Source: Lama glama (taxonomy: Eukaryota). From it: a stretch of 64,000 bases of DNA. Every line of letters starts with the position of its first letter. Position 1 is the first letter of the stretch. Below the pieces are notes generated by a model. It saw only the letters and a list, made by a program, of their open reading frames with translations. It searched no databases and was not told where the DNA came from. Below, piece by piece: positions 23,681 to 37,220 of this stretch. Position numbers and translations under genes: made by a program. The stretch spans positions 12,154,001-12,218,000 of the forward strand of contig CM052832.1 of assembly GCA_028534125.1 (NCBI GenBank), written 5' to 3'.

Positions 23681-25899
23681 AAAAATCATAGTTTGATGGG
23701 TTTTAGTTATGCCTTCTAAATGCACTATGAATTTCTTCAGATGGTTTACGTCCTGTCTTTCTGGTCTGTTCCTCACAGTACTTGGCACAATTTCTTGTAC
23801 CAAGTGTTTATTACATCTCCATTAATAGCAGATTTGCCCAGTATACCTATAAGAGCTATTGATTGGTAAATGTGCAAGCAGGAAATATCAATGAATTAAA
23901 TAAATTTTCATGTTATATCATTTTCATATGATTTGTGTAAATAAATATTATAGTTAAGTTCTTTTCATGAGATTTGATTTCATAGATTGAAGGCATATTA
24001 TTATGGCAGGTTTTAGCTTCTACATTTAGGGGTAAGGGGAAAATCTCCATTCAGAACGTACATCTCCCCAGAATAAAAAACAACACTTAAATATTTATCT
24101 CTAATGTTGGAATGATTTTCTATTTTGGGTAGCACTGGGTTTTGATGTGTTAGTAGTTATTTACCAGTCTTATCCCTTCTGCATACTTGATTCTATATAG
24201 AATCAGTTTTCTCTGAAATACAAGATGACTTCTTGTTTTGTTTGCCCTTCAGGTTGAGTAGTGGAGTTGCTGGAACATGACTGCTCCCTCTGCAGGGGTA
24301 ATAGCCAGACAACATCAGGGCTGTTCTCTGAGACAGTAGCCTCTGCATAGGCTAACTATGGACACAGAGTGTTTAACCTTTCAGTAATTCTTCCTCTCCC
24401 AAATAAGCAAATGCTGCTGGGGCCCGTTGCTAAAGTCAGTAGAGGAGAATCTATAGCTCCACAGATCAGCCAGAGGGAAGGTTTTCTAAGAGTAACAAAT
24501 CTGTTCCGTTGCAACATGCTTTTTCTAGAAGCTTTTTGTCATTCTGGCAGTAAACTCTTTTCCTCTCGCTGCCTTAGCAACAAGACCTGAAGCCACTTTC
24601 CCCTCCAGTCTGTGGTTTGATTGTCAGAGCACTAACATTGTACCCAGAACTAGAAGAAAATATCATACTGGGGAAACCCACAGACATTACCTGCTTCTTG
24701 GGCTAGAGAATTATTTATGTACATTCTTCATATCTCCTTGAAAGGAAAGGTCAAATAGGAAATCGTGGAAATAGTGAATCCAAACTCCACATGTCCCAAG
24801 TCCCCAGTAAACGCTGTAGCAAAAATTCTTGTCAGGTGACTGCCTCTGGCCACAGCACAGAACAGCTTTTCTCCTCAGAGTTCTCCATGGCTACCTCAGA
24901 GGAAGAGCCAAAATGTTAAGGATTCCTTCTTGTGCTGTTAAGGATACTAGTCTGACTCTAGTTTTCTCAAGAGTCTTTGTTTAACCTAAGAATGTAAAGT
25001 CCAGTTTGAGAAGAAAACTTTGTTTACCAAAGAATAAAATTCTGATGGATTTTGGCTTTAGTTGATCCCTTGAGAGCTCATTTAAATATTTTTTACCAAA
25101 CTCAATTTTATCTTGTAGTAGAACCTGCTCAGTACGGAAGTTAGGTGATCGTATGACTAGAGACAAAGGTTAAGGATTAACTGTAACCACAGTTAGGCTA
25201 AAGACTAAAGAATACCGAGACTTGAGAATGCCCAGGGGTTTAAAGTGGGGATGTACACGTTGCTGTTTTTCTGTATTTTCTTTCATTTGTTAAAGATGTA
25301 TTCTATGTGACTTTGAAATGAAGTCTGGTAGCATCCTGACAAGAAATGATGGAAAGATAGGTTAAGAATAGGAATTTGTAGTACCTTCCCAGAACAGGCA
25401 GAGAATACAATGAAATCTCCAAGGCAAAATTTTTCTAGGTCACAGTATTATGATATCTCTCTGTTAAGAAGTACTATTTTTCTTAATAAATTAAAACGCC
25501 AAACTTTCAGGGTTTGTGCTAAAAAGCAACTCTTCTGTGGACGTGGGTAACTGGACCACATATGGGCAGAAGATTCTCACACTGTTTCCTTATGCATAGC
25601 TGAGTCAGGTCAAGAACATTTTAAACAGACTTCTGAAGACTAGGGGCTTAAAGCAGGAAACAATGTAGAGCCAGGAAATCTGCATTCAGAATGTGGCTTC
25701 TTTCTGTAGCCCGGACCTGCACTGTGGGGCCCTTAGAAGACAGGCGAGCACCTACCTGTGCTCTTGAAGTCTGTCCTTGGGCCTCCCTCTTCAGGGACGC
25801 ACCACTTTAACACCCACGGTTAGGAATACTCTCCCGGACAACCAGCGTTCTTGAAGTCCAAATCAAGAAACTCTGCATCTGACAACATACTCTTTGAAT

Positions 25900-26120
25900 T
25901 TCTATTTAATGATACCCTACTCTGCCAAGCATTGCATTACACACCTTAAATCCTTATCTCATTTAAATATCCTATAAGGTTTGTGTCACTAACCTCCTTT
26001 TATAGAGAAGGAAGCTACAGTTCAAGAAAGTTTAACACATACTTTTTCTAAAGTGTCACAGCTAATTAAGTGATGGGGCTGGGCTACAAACCTGATTCTG
26101 TGAGACACTAAAGCAGGTAC
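25900..26120 (-). mobile_element. MIR SINE
   Basis: cctactctgccaagcattg...ttatctcatttaa...cttttatagagaaggaagct...gtcacagctaattaagtgatggggctggg. Confidence 0.7.
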
Positions 26121-29100
26121 TTCAGAACTCTGTATTTCTTTTCAATTCTAGAGTGGTATCCTCGGAGGGCATTTTATTAAAGAAGACAGGCTCTTTTCAC
26201 CTACAGTATTATAGTTCCTAAAAACTTCTGCATTGAAACATCCTGTACTGAACTGTGTTCTGGACCCAGGCATTGTCAGTGACTAGAAGACAGCTAACAT
26301 AGGGAAGGGAGGAGAATATTGGAAACAGGCTGTTACACAGGGCTCGTGTGGACAGCATTCATCCTCATCAGAAATGGCCAATCTTTTGCATATCTGCCTT
26401 CTTCAGCACTGTTTAAGTTTTAATTATCTCCCAACTGTCTGAGCTGCTGTTGAGGACCTCAGAGAGAACAAAGGATAGATGTCATATTTTTCAGCAGTGC
26501 TCCTCTTTGCACACTGATGATGTCACTAGCTGCCACTGCCCTGTTACCAGGTTAAATCAGAGTCTGAGTATGCTTTGGAGAGATGATGTTGAAAGGAGAA
26601 AAAATTAAGTGTAAGCTTTACCTCTTATTCATAATCTCTGGACAGAGAAAATGTGGTATCTGCTTCTCCTGTTTAGGTGTTATAACCCAGAAGCAAGTTT
26701 TGCTTTGTTTTTCCCAAAAAAAAAAAAAAAAAGTAGGGGGAGATTCTATTCCATCCCCCTCCCTTGAATTTTCAATAGCTTGGATGTGATAACTTCTCTT
26801 CTTCCTTGGGTTGCTCTATTGTGAGCCCCGTTAAGGAAATCTGCTCCTGAATAAGGATGATACCTGTGCTGCCTCCTTCTCCTGCTAGACATTGTTTATG
26901 GGTCTGGGTGCTCCTTCCTCTGAGCTGGCAGGGTCCCTGAGTTCTTAACAGAGAGCTCCAGGCTGCCTACCAGTCACAGATTTGGTGGAGGGGGTTAGTT
27001 GAAGCCTATTTGCCATTTCTAGTCAAGATCCTTAGTAAAGGACAGAGTTGTATGCTAAACAAGTCCTTACTGGAGAAAAGGAGCATGGCTTCTTTCTTGT
27101 GACTTGGTTAAACCATTTTTTTAAATGTGCATTTGAATAAGGACTTTATACCATTTTTGTAAATTAGGCTATAATTTTATGGAGACTTAGAAAGTATTGT
27201 AGAACTAGAATAATTAAACTTGTTATGAGCATTACATAAAACAGGCTAATCAAGAAGTGTGATGTACAGTGGTGAATTGCTAATTTGACCTCAGGATTAT
27301 GCAGCAGAGATAACATTATCTTCATTTATATAGAACTTTTTATCTGGAGGCATCTCTCAGTGCTTTTGCAATCATATATATTATCTTGTTAGTTATCACA
27401 AACACTATCATTAAGGCTGTAAAATGTATTCCAGTACAGTTTTTTATTTTCAGTTTCCTATAATTGGGGATGAGGGAGGGGAAAGTGCCATATTTTTTCC
27501 CATTCCTGATATTTGTACCAGGGTAAAATTTGGGAAATGGCTATTATCTAAATGTGGAGAGCCTAGCTCCATATAATATTTTGAAAAGAAAAAAAGGAGG
27601 GGAGGGAACATTACTGCATGGTCAGACCGAATTATTCACCTCAAGAACTGCCAATGGGAAAGGCCCTGTTATTCAGTTCCTGGCTCTTCTGCCTTTCGGC
27701 ATTAGAAGAGCTCTCTCTCCTTTGAGAGACTCGACCTCGGGAACAGGAGAATGATCTGATCAAATTCCACCAAACCACATTCGCTCCATTCCCTCCAAGG
27801 TTGCAGACAGCAGCACTCAGACTGTCACGACCATGTGCAGTTGAAAATGCTATGCTGGTTGAGTTCCTGTGGGTTTAAGGAAATGGACAAAATTAGATTC
27901 AGGCCAAGGTGCCCGGCTTAACACACCCCTTCTGTTCCAGAAAGCCCAGAGAGATTGTTACTGCCAACAGTAAAGAACAACACAATCTGCTCTACCCAGA
28001 CCATTTAGAACTCATTTTGCATGAAACCCCACCCACCCATCCAAACGCCATAAAATCAGCACCTTCTGTCTGCCTTGAGGGCTTGAGAGAACAGATTAGG
28101 GCCAACGTCCTCCTCACCCAAAGGGTTCTGGTGAGCTCAGCAGTTGCCCTGACTCTCTCCACACAGGAAGAGTGATGTCTCCCTGCAGTGGGCATGGGCA
28201 CACTGAACAACCAGGGCAGGAGAGAGCCTTCATCTTGGTTGTGAAGATGGACATTCGGCTCATGTCAGAGAGCAGATGGCTAAACGAGGTGTGCAGGGGA
28301 TGTGGTGAGATTCAGGCTTGAAGAAACAGGAGGGAAAGTAGCCCATGATACAAAACCCCCAAATAGAGTCTCTTTAATGTGAGTTTTTTAAATCAGCATT
28401 TACATCATGCAGTTAACTTGGAGTGATGAAAATGTAAGGGAATTACTGAATTAGTGAACAGCAATTAACTCAAAAGTAAAATGATATCACCTGAGTTGAC
28501 GATTGTTTTACACAGTGGAGGGAAGATGTTACAAAAACCGTGCCCAGTCTGTCACCTTCGAATTGAAATCTGTTTGTTTAGTATGCCCCAGCCTTCAGAG
28601 CACATAGTTCATAATTTGGGAGAGCTTTATCAGTTAATCTAGTTATTTTTCTCTGGTTCTTTTGAATTCCAGTAAGACTGTGTGTGGCAGATTACATTCT
28701 CTGTGGAACTGTGTGACACTCAGAAGAGTAAGTTTGTTCATTAACCTGTGAACTGTCAGGTCCCTTTGGAGAGTGAAAGGAGCAAGTCGCTCCAAGGTTA
28801 ATGCTTGTTTGTCAGAGGTGAAGCCTCCAGGGAGACAGAGGGTGAACAGGCTGAGATGACTGAGACCTGCCCCGTGAAACTCTGCACCGTGTGCAGGTGC
28901 CAGATCGGTGTGGCCAGGAGGGAGGCTGCGGGCAGGCTGGGTCACCTCTGCAGATCACTTCCTCTGGTCAGGAGAAGGCTTCCCAGCAGTCAAGTAGGGG
29001 GCTGGCGTAAGTATATAGGGTTAACTTCCTAACAAGGATTTAGGAGCAATATTAAAATACAAGAAACTGTGAGTGGTTTTCAGTAGTTTCTGTGGATTTT

Positions 29101-29583
29101 TCCTTTGAACAAGAAAGCAGTATTGATTTCATGCACTTGCCTCCAACGGATGAAAGCTTTCATTGAGGTGGAAAGCATTTGATTTTGTGTATGTTGTGCA
29201 CCTGTGCACAGGCACCGTCCTAACCGGAAGGCGAGGATAGAAGCTGTTTGTTATTCTCCAGTGTATGTCTCATGGACATATAATTGTACTGACGTCCAGG
29301 GGTTGAGCTGAATAGTCCCTGCTTTGATTTTCTAAACCAAATCTAAGTTCTACATAATTCTCTGGAACGTGGTACCTCCCTAATCTTGCTATAATTCTTC
29401 CAGGCTCAGTTGGAGCTAGCCCTCAAGAGCAGGTACAGGGTATAAAGCCAAGTTCAGAGTCTCCTTTAGTCCATACTTTGGTACACTGTATGTTTCCATA
29501 GTGTATCTTACTCTGTTATCTTTGGATTGGTTGTGATGGAAGCTTATTTTTTCCTACAAATTTTCTTTTCTTTTTATCCCCAG

Positions 29584-29693
29584 GTATATTCGAATAGTCG
29601 GAACTCACAACACAGTGAACAAGATTTTCCACATTGTGGCTTTTGAATGTATGTTTACAAACAAAACCTTCACTCTGGAGAAGGGGCTGATAG
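29584..29693 (+). CDS. BTBD9: BTBD9 internal coding exon, 110 bp (likely orthologue of human exon 7): (R)YIRIVGTHNTVNKIFHIVAFECMFTNKTFTLEKGLI(V)
   Basis: Long pyrimidine tract ending ...ttttcttttctttttatccccAG at 29583 and consensus donor G|GTAAGT at 29694. The translation matches BTBD9 as I recall it (IRIVGTHNT motif at the end of the first F5/8 type C domain). Phase 2 in, phase 1 out. Confidence 0.96.
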
Positions 29694-32600
29694 GTAAGTG
29701 TTACAATTACATTTTCTTGTATACACTTAGGCATTTTATCTTCAAATATTTTGTTATTCCATTAACTCATCTTAATCCTCCTCTTAGCTTTGACTAAGAA
29801 CTCTGGTTGATTTGAATGCCTTATGGCTGAGTGACGTAAGAGAGGGCTTAATATTTTTAGAAGTAGTCAAAATAATAATTCCAGTAGACTTAAAAGAATA
29901 TAAATATTGTACTAGTAGTCAAGAATGGAAAATGCTTCAGTGATTCATTCAGATTTGCTGTGTGGAGAATGCTTATGAGAGTGAGCAAAGCCTCTCATAC
30001 CAAAGGCTTTTCTATATTTAATGGTAGGTAAGATCAGGGAGGAAGTCAGTGTAATATTGATCCAATGTTTATACTTTCCAAGCCTATGCAGGTATTTTGG
30101 CCTTTGATTTGATACAAATGGTGTGCTCAGCTGTGAGAATATCTCCTTTTTGTGGACACAGCAGTCCATATTTGCCCTATTTACCCAGATCCACCTCAGG
30201 AAAATGCCTGCATATAACTTAAATAAGACTGGAGTAACTAAATTGTCATTGTGAAAATCAAGTTATCTTGTGGAAAATACTACCTGGCTGATCCCTTGAA
30301 AGGGTATTTTCCATTTTTGTTCAGTTGTTTATTTGGTTGTTTTCTGTTATGTTTTGTTTTTGCTTTTGTTTTAGGTAGTATTTAACCTGGCACTATGTAC
30401 AACCTATCCTAGGTCTCAGCATTCTAGATGCCATGAGTGGTTATTCCTGCTTTATCCATGCCCACGGGTTTTTGCTCATTTCCTGCAAAGATCATAGTTT
30501 AACCAATTAGATCCTTGAATCTGTGCCTTTACTGCAGCTTTCTTTGAAGAGACTCTTTGTGTTCAAGTAGGGGGATAAGATGCCCGTGCCTTGGTGTATG
30601 TAAAGTACAACTCTGCACCTTTACAAAGGACTCATTTCTCCTCTTCTTCCCAAGTCCTGTCCTTGTTGTGGTGCAGAACATATTGACACATGTTCTAAAA
30701 ACATGGTGAAAACTAGAATGGGAAAGATGAGTGTAACTTGCAAATGTTGACTGATTCTTTGAATGGTCAAAAGTCTCAATTTTCCTCCCACCTTCCGTGT
30801 CCTAACATAATCCTTTACTTAGGGAAATTTGGGAGAGTAATATTAACATAGTAGCAGGAGTAGAAATTGTCCCAACATACAGAGAACCTTTTAGAGCTCA
30901 TCTAAAATAAATTACTTTGTCTTAACTTTTCTATGGGTATAATTATTAATATGAAATATAAACATTGGTAATCTTTATGACTTTTAAGTCACTTGAAAGT
31001 TAACTGTGCTGAAGCATTCCCTGGTGTTATCAAGGCTTTTAATTCTGTGGGGGCATAGAATTGTGTGATGAAGGGATATGGGGAGGGTACTTCTTTCCAC
31101 CTGCTGCTCATGTTGTTTTGTAGACTGCGGGCCTCACTCACCGTGTGTGTGGTTGTGTAGTTAGGGGCGACCTTACTGAGAAGGATCTTAGAGACCAAAC
31201 CACCTTCAAAGTCACAGAGTGTAAAGCATTTGGCTATTCATTTCAGCCCAGTGCACTGCATTTTGAACATGCTCATAGAAGGTGCCTCTGCCTTCTTATT
31301 GGAGGAAGAGCAGGTTTGTGGACACTGTAATTATCAAAGAAACAGGTCTATCTGGCATGAAAGGCCATCACAGGAATGAAACCCAGGATCAGTTGTAGTG
31401 AGAGATGCTGTTGTTGGTCTGTATGTTTTGTCCAAACTGAGTTAGTCAGCACAATCAGAAGCTATAATAGTCTTAGGCATGTCAGGAGATGAAAGAAGAT
31501 TGCAGAGATGCAAGAAGTGTTTTTGGTGTCTGGTCAAACACTTTCCTTCATTCCCTTTTCTTCAGTCCTGTTTCTGTGATGCTCACCAGTTTGACTGCAA
31601 AGAGCCTTGCACTGTCACTGCCTGTCACCGTCCCTCCACTGAGTGGGAGCAGTGGGGCAAGGAGACTGATGACCTACGGTGGGATCTCCTTTGGCCCTCC
31701 TTTTACAAACATCTTCACAGCTCAGAGCTGCCCCTGTGCTGGGCAGATGGGGAGGTGGTGTGAGCGGACAGGGAGTTGGTGGGGGATTTCATTTTTCTTT
31801 GTCTGACATGGCAGCTCTGCTGAGTTTACAGTGGTGTTTGAAATAGTAATGGCCAGCTTTCCATGTTGATGATCTCAAGTGCACTTTGGCTGCGCACAGG
31901 CCTCAGCCGGCCACTCTTCAGGGATCTGCAAGAAAGGAATGGTCCACTAGTGGGGGCACAGTGTATGTCAGAATCACCTGGAGTAATTTTTAAGTTGTAG
32001 CTGCCTACTACTTCCTCTTTCCTATGAAATATGTACTCCTTCCTTGAGAACCACCAATAGAAACTCCAGGTTTTCATGGAGGAAAAAAGTAAAACTAAAG
32101 TAATGTCATCATGAACAGCTAGTTGGTTATCAAGCTCACTTGTATGTTTCGAGGCTCAGAGCTTCTTTCTGTCACAGTTCTTGGTGCTTATGAAGGCTGC
32201 TCTGATTAGAGGAGCACGCTCCTCATAAGCCTTAAAATTTTTAAATGTTTGTGTTGTTTTTAAACATCAGATTGTAGTGTTATTACTTAAAACATACAGT
32301 GATGCCAGAAAAAACATACATAAAAATAACTGCACTAGCCCTGTAAGGTTTTAGTCTTTTTCCACCAAAGGGTTTCTTTCACAGTTTTGTTGCCAGCATG
32401 TCGTCCTTCATGCTGCTTCACCTGTGCACACTCATGGGGAAGCTGTGGAGCCCTGTGGGTTCATCCGTCCCTGGGAATGGGCCCCACCTCGGCCACACTG
32501 ACCAGATCTGGGTGTCAGACTCTACCCACAGCACCTCTGCCACCTCATCTGCTGCTGCCACCATAGCCCCTTCTCATTTGCTGGCTGCTTCTGGACAGTG

Positions 32601-32849
32601 CTGGGATACATTCTTGCCTGGGAGAGTCAGCCTGTGATGACTGTCTTCCGTTTGCTAGGAGGCATTTGTCGGAAGCTCTAACCTGTCTTGCAGCTGATGC
32701 ATGGAAGGAACGTTAGAAGAGATAAGACCGCTATTTAGACATTCAGCCTCCCAGAGAACGCATTTACTTCGCCTTGGCACTCCACTCTGTGATAAGTACA
32801 TGCCATTTGCCAGATCCCTCCACTTTTTTCATAATAATTACCAAGACTT

Positions 32850-35430
32850 CCTTTTCATTTAATCTTATGTTTAAATTTATTTCCTTGAATACCCTATTAG
32901 TTATTCAAGGAGAGAGAACAGTACCCACCACCCAGCTTAAAGAATTATCAGCTCACAGACAACCTGGTTGTATCTACATAGTACCTACTTCCTCCCCATC
33001 AGATTATTTTGAAGCCAATCCCAGGCACTTTATCATTTTATCCATAAATGTTTCAATATATATCTGTAGAACTAAGACCTCCGTTTTGTAGCCATAATCA
33101 CAATATCATTATAATACCCCAAAATTGAACCATAATTCCTTGTGAATGTTAAATACGCAGTGTTCAGATGTTCTTCATTGAATCGAAGTCTGGAGTCAGT
33201 GTATGTGTTTTTACAGGTTATTTAAATCAGAATTCAAATAAGGTCCATACTATCAATAAATAGCTGTTATGATTCTTAAATCTCTTTAAGTCCATAGGTT
33301 TCCTTCCACATGTCTATCTCTGTGTTCTTCTTCCCGCCCCCCCCAATTATAATTTATTTGCTGAAGAAACTTTTTGTCCTGTAGAGTTTCTAACAGCCTA
33401 GATTTTGGTGATTAAACCCTATGGTAAGGCTAAATGTGTTCCTCTGTTGTATTTCTTGTAATTTAGTAGTTTGGTATAGGCTTCATCTGATTCAAGATTT
33501 TTTTTTTTTTTTGTAAGAATGCTCTGTAGGTGATAGTATATGTCTGTCAAGAAGCACAGATCTTTGGTTGCCCCTCTCTTTTGGATATTCACATCCATTC
33601 ATGATTATTTCCTAGATTTATTCTTTCATAATTTGAATTACAAAATGGTTATATTCTAATCTTGTTATTCCTTGTTCATTTAGTAACTAGAAAGAGAAAA
33701 CTTTCCTGAACATGCATTTGGTAATCCTGAGTTGCAGTTTGCCTAGGAAAAGAAGGATAAATGCTCTATTCTTTCTTTTCATTTACTACTTTTCAAATTA
33801 AAGAGATGGTTACGTGGCTTGAAAGGTGACCAGTGAGGTTTGTGGAGGTCTTGCCAGAGGTGAGGGGAGAAAGGGGAGAATGATCATTTTGAATTCACTG
33901 GATTAAACAAATTGGACATCTTTTAATAAGTTGCAGTTATTTTTATTGATACTAAAATTGTCCCCATCTTAGCTTCTTCATATTGGCTCTTGAGTCTTTC
34001 TGACGTGATCTCAGTAGTCCCCAGTACTTCCTTGATTTGTGGCATGACACGATGCGCCAGGTTCATCTTGTGTATTTTCTGCCCCTGATCTGGAATCAGC
34101 CATTTCTGCAAAAGGCCCTGGTTCCTTTAAGTCAGAAATAACATTTGGAAGCCTCAACCTGAGCACTCCCGATTGGGTTGATCACTGTTCCTAGGCCTTT
34201 CCAGTGGACAGAAATAGGAAATGCATACGCATGTATTTATTTACTTATTTGTATGTCAGATATTTAACAGATGAAATATATGCACTTCGACTGCATGCCG
34301 ACACTTCTAATTAAAATTCAGTACACAAAGTTTTTGTTTAATCTTTTGATCTTTCATCTCCTTTTTTCCATACTGAAAATCTTGGTTACTAGGGCTAGGG
34401 CACAATAGTTAATTTGCTTTTTCTTCAGTACATACAAAATAGTTTCAGAATTACATTACTACTACTACCTTAAACCACATGATTACTGAAAATAGTTTAA
34501 CATTTTAGCAGTTATCTTTTGCATCCTTAAGGTATATCCCACTAGAGATATATAGTAAAGTTACTGTGTTTTAAAGTCACTTAAAATAATTCTCTGAATG
34601 GTCATGTTGCTATTCAGTGTACAGATAGATTCATTTGCTCCATTTTGCTTTCATATTTAATGATTGCCTTTAAGATTTTTTTGTTTTATAACTATGTAAA
34701 ATATATAGATAGTTCCAAAATCAAATCTATGGAACAGTTGTATTTAGAGAAATTGAGTTTCTATTCCTGTCCCCTCTACTCCAGTAGATATTCTTTTTCC
34801 CCTTTAGTTTTTTTGGGTTATACTCTTTTAAAATGGAAAATAAGTAAATATATATGTAATTTATATTTTGTGGCCTCCCCACCATTCTTAAATTGGTAGC
34901 ATACTTGGCTCTATGTACTTTCTTTACCTTGCTTTATTGTACTTAACACTTGTCCTAGAGCTAGTTATATAGAAGGATATTATTTATTTATCCCTTTTTA
35001 ATAGCTTCATAGTACTTATTTGTGTAGATGTACTATGGTTTACTGAACCAGTCCTCTATTGATGAACCTTTTGGGTTGTTTTCAGTCTTCTGCTTCTACA
35101 AATTGTGCTATTTATTGCCTTTAGGATAGATTCCTAGAAGAGGGAATTCTTGGTCAAAGGGTAAATGCACCTTTAATTTTGCTAGATATTGCTAAATTCA
35201 CCTCCATGGGGATTATACCATTTTAAAGTTCTCATTGGCAGTGTGTGATAACAACCATTTCCCCACAGCCTTGCCAGTGGAACATATTGTCAAGCTTCTG
35301 GATTTTTGCCAGTTTGATAGGTGAGAAATGTTATCCCAGTACAATTTTAACTGCTTTTCTTTTATAAGAGAAATTGAGCATCTTTTCATATTTTTAGGGC
35401 CATTTGCATTTCTTTTTTTCCTTTTTAAAT
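32850..35430 (-). mobile_element. L1MC4/L1MC5-like LINE-1 3' region (long 3' UTR plus ORF2 end)
   Basis: gattattttgaagccaatcccaggc; ccaggttcatcttgtgtattttctgcccc...tggaatcagccatttct; antisense ORF2 end ccacagccttgccag...ttgccagtttgataggtgagaaatg. Confidence 0.8.
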
Positions 35431-36909
35431 GGCTCTTCTCTTCTTATGAGTCTTGTAGATGAATAGAGAATATGCTTTTACTAAGACTTGGGGGAGCAGT
35501 AAGTACTTTACACTGATGTTAGAGTGTGATATTTAGCATTACGTGAGACTGGTTTCCATTCTTAAGGTCTCCTGATTCTTCTGGAAGCCATAAGCTCTTA
35601 TAAGCCCTTTTCCATTCTTATCCTTGCTCTACCTCTGCTTAAGAGAGAGTAGCTAGAGCATGGTGCTGTAGGCTCAAAATTCAAGATTCTTTAACCCTTT
35701 CAAAGAATAAGAAAAAGTTTCCATTACCAGCTGTAGGCAGTTAAGTGTTACCTCTGTGTCTACCAGCATGGATCCAGGAAGACTGGTGGCTTTTTTATTT
35801 TACTTGCTTGTTAGTAATTGTTGTAGGGCAACCAAAATAGGCGGCTCAGGCCCAGGAGTTGTGTCAATGACCTCACTATCGCTGCCGCCACCAGGAACTG
35901 TGCTGTCCTGGCGGGAGTGCCGGATCCCACGTCCATCGGCTGCTGTGCTCCTACAGCACCATCAGAAGCAGACAGAAATGTGTCCTTTCTTCCTCCCATC
36001 TTCCATTCTCTCACCAGTTTCTTCTACAGTAGAACTTCACCAAAAACCAAGCTGGGAAATGTAGTTATGGAGTTTTAGCCTCTGAGGTACAGTGTAGAGC
36101 ATGGGAGTGAATGGAGCTGAAGTCAGACAGACAGATGATGAGTGCAGAGGCAGAAAGTGTAAAAGGGGCTCCAGCCACCAGGAGATTTACCATCTGATTC
36201 AAAGTAGCTCGAATAAGCCCCTTGGCAAGGCACAGGGATCTGCAGAGTGGAGAATAAGAGACAGAGGCACGAGCAGAGTGGAGAAAGATTAGAGGTTTAG
36301 TTGGGCTGTGAAGGAAAACAATATTTTTTCTTGCCTAGTAAGATAAAGGTTCATGAAGACTGGTATTTTGAGCTGGGCCTTGAAGAATTTAGTAAACAAT
36401 ACAGAGTGTGACAAATGTGCTAATTTGCATAGCAACAAAAATGGCTGATACTCATTCCCAGCTGGAGGCAGGAAATAGGAATAGGTAGTCTGTAGTTGCT
36501 ACTGTCATCTAAAAGTATTTTGAAAGTGTGTTTAGAACTCTGTAAAGTCCTGGGAAAGTAAACAGAGTTGGAAATCCGTGGCTTTTGGCATCCACTGAAT
36601 TTAGGGATATGACTTCTATGCTTTGCAGCTGTGTTTAAAAAATAAGTGTCCTCTGGAGCAGAAACAGCTTTGGGAGTGAGGGAGTTCCCTAGCGGGTGGA
36701 TGTGTTAGAATGTGGCAAAGAAGCAAACTTGGAGTAGCAGACGGGCCCTAAAGACCTTAATTCAGAACATTTTCTGAAATGGCGCTATTGAGTCTGCTAG
36801 TCTCAACCAAGAGGCTTTGCTTCTCCCAGCCTATTTCTCTAACCAGATATTAAGGCTGGTTCTAATTGTCAGTGAAACTCAACTTCTTTATCTACTGTAA
36901 ATTACTTGG

Positions 36910-37220
36910 CATTAAGCAGACATTTATTAAGAGGCTGCCAAGTGTATCTTAGTACTGGGGATAGAGAGATGCACAGGTGCGGCTTCTGCCTTGGAGGGTC
37001 ATATGAGCTAATGAAGGAGAAAGACACTTAAATAGAAGGTGACAACACAGCAAAATAAGTCATCTATTGGGAGGATTCAGGAGATGCTATAGAACACTGG
37101 AAACGGGAGTATCTAGCGTGAGTTGGGGGATGGTGTCAGGGAAGACCTCCCCCAACCCCCACGCCCACCATAGAGGTGGTGAAGGTCCTTAAGTCTTAAG
37201 AAGAAGGTGAAGAGTTAGGG
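36910..37220 (-). mobile_element. L2 fragment
   Basis: cattaagcagacatttattaag...ctggggatagagagatg...ctgccttggagg...ggtgtcagggaagacctcc. Confidence 0.65.

Larger units (their letters stand above)
1..29583 (+). other. BTBD9: 3' part of the very large BTBD9 intron preceding the 110-bp exon
   Basis: No BTBD9-like coding sequence is recognisable upstream of 29584, and the region ends in a strong acceptor. Confidence 0.8.

Noticed and set aside
29694..29797. C-terminal part of ORF 29615..29797
   Set aside because: Read-through past the GTAAGT donor into the intron.
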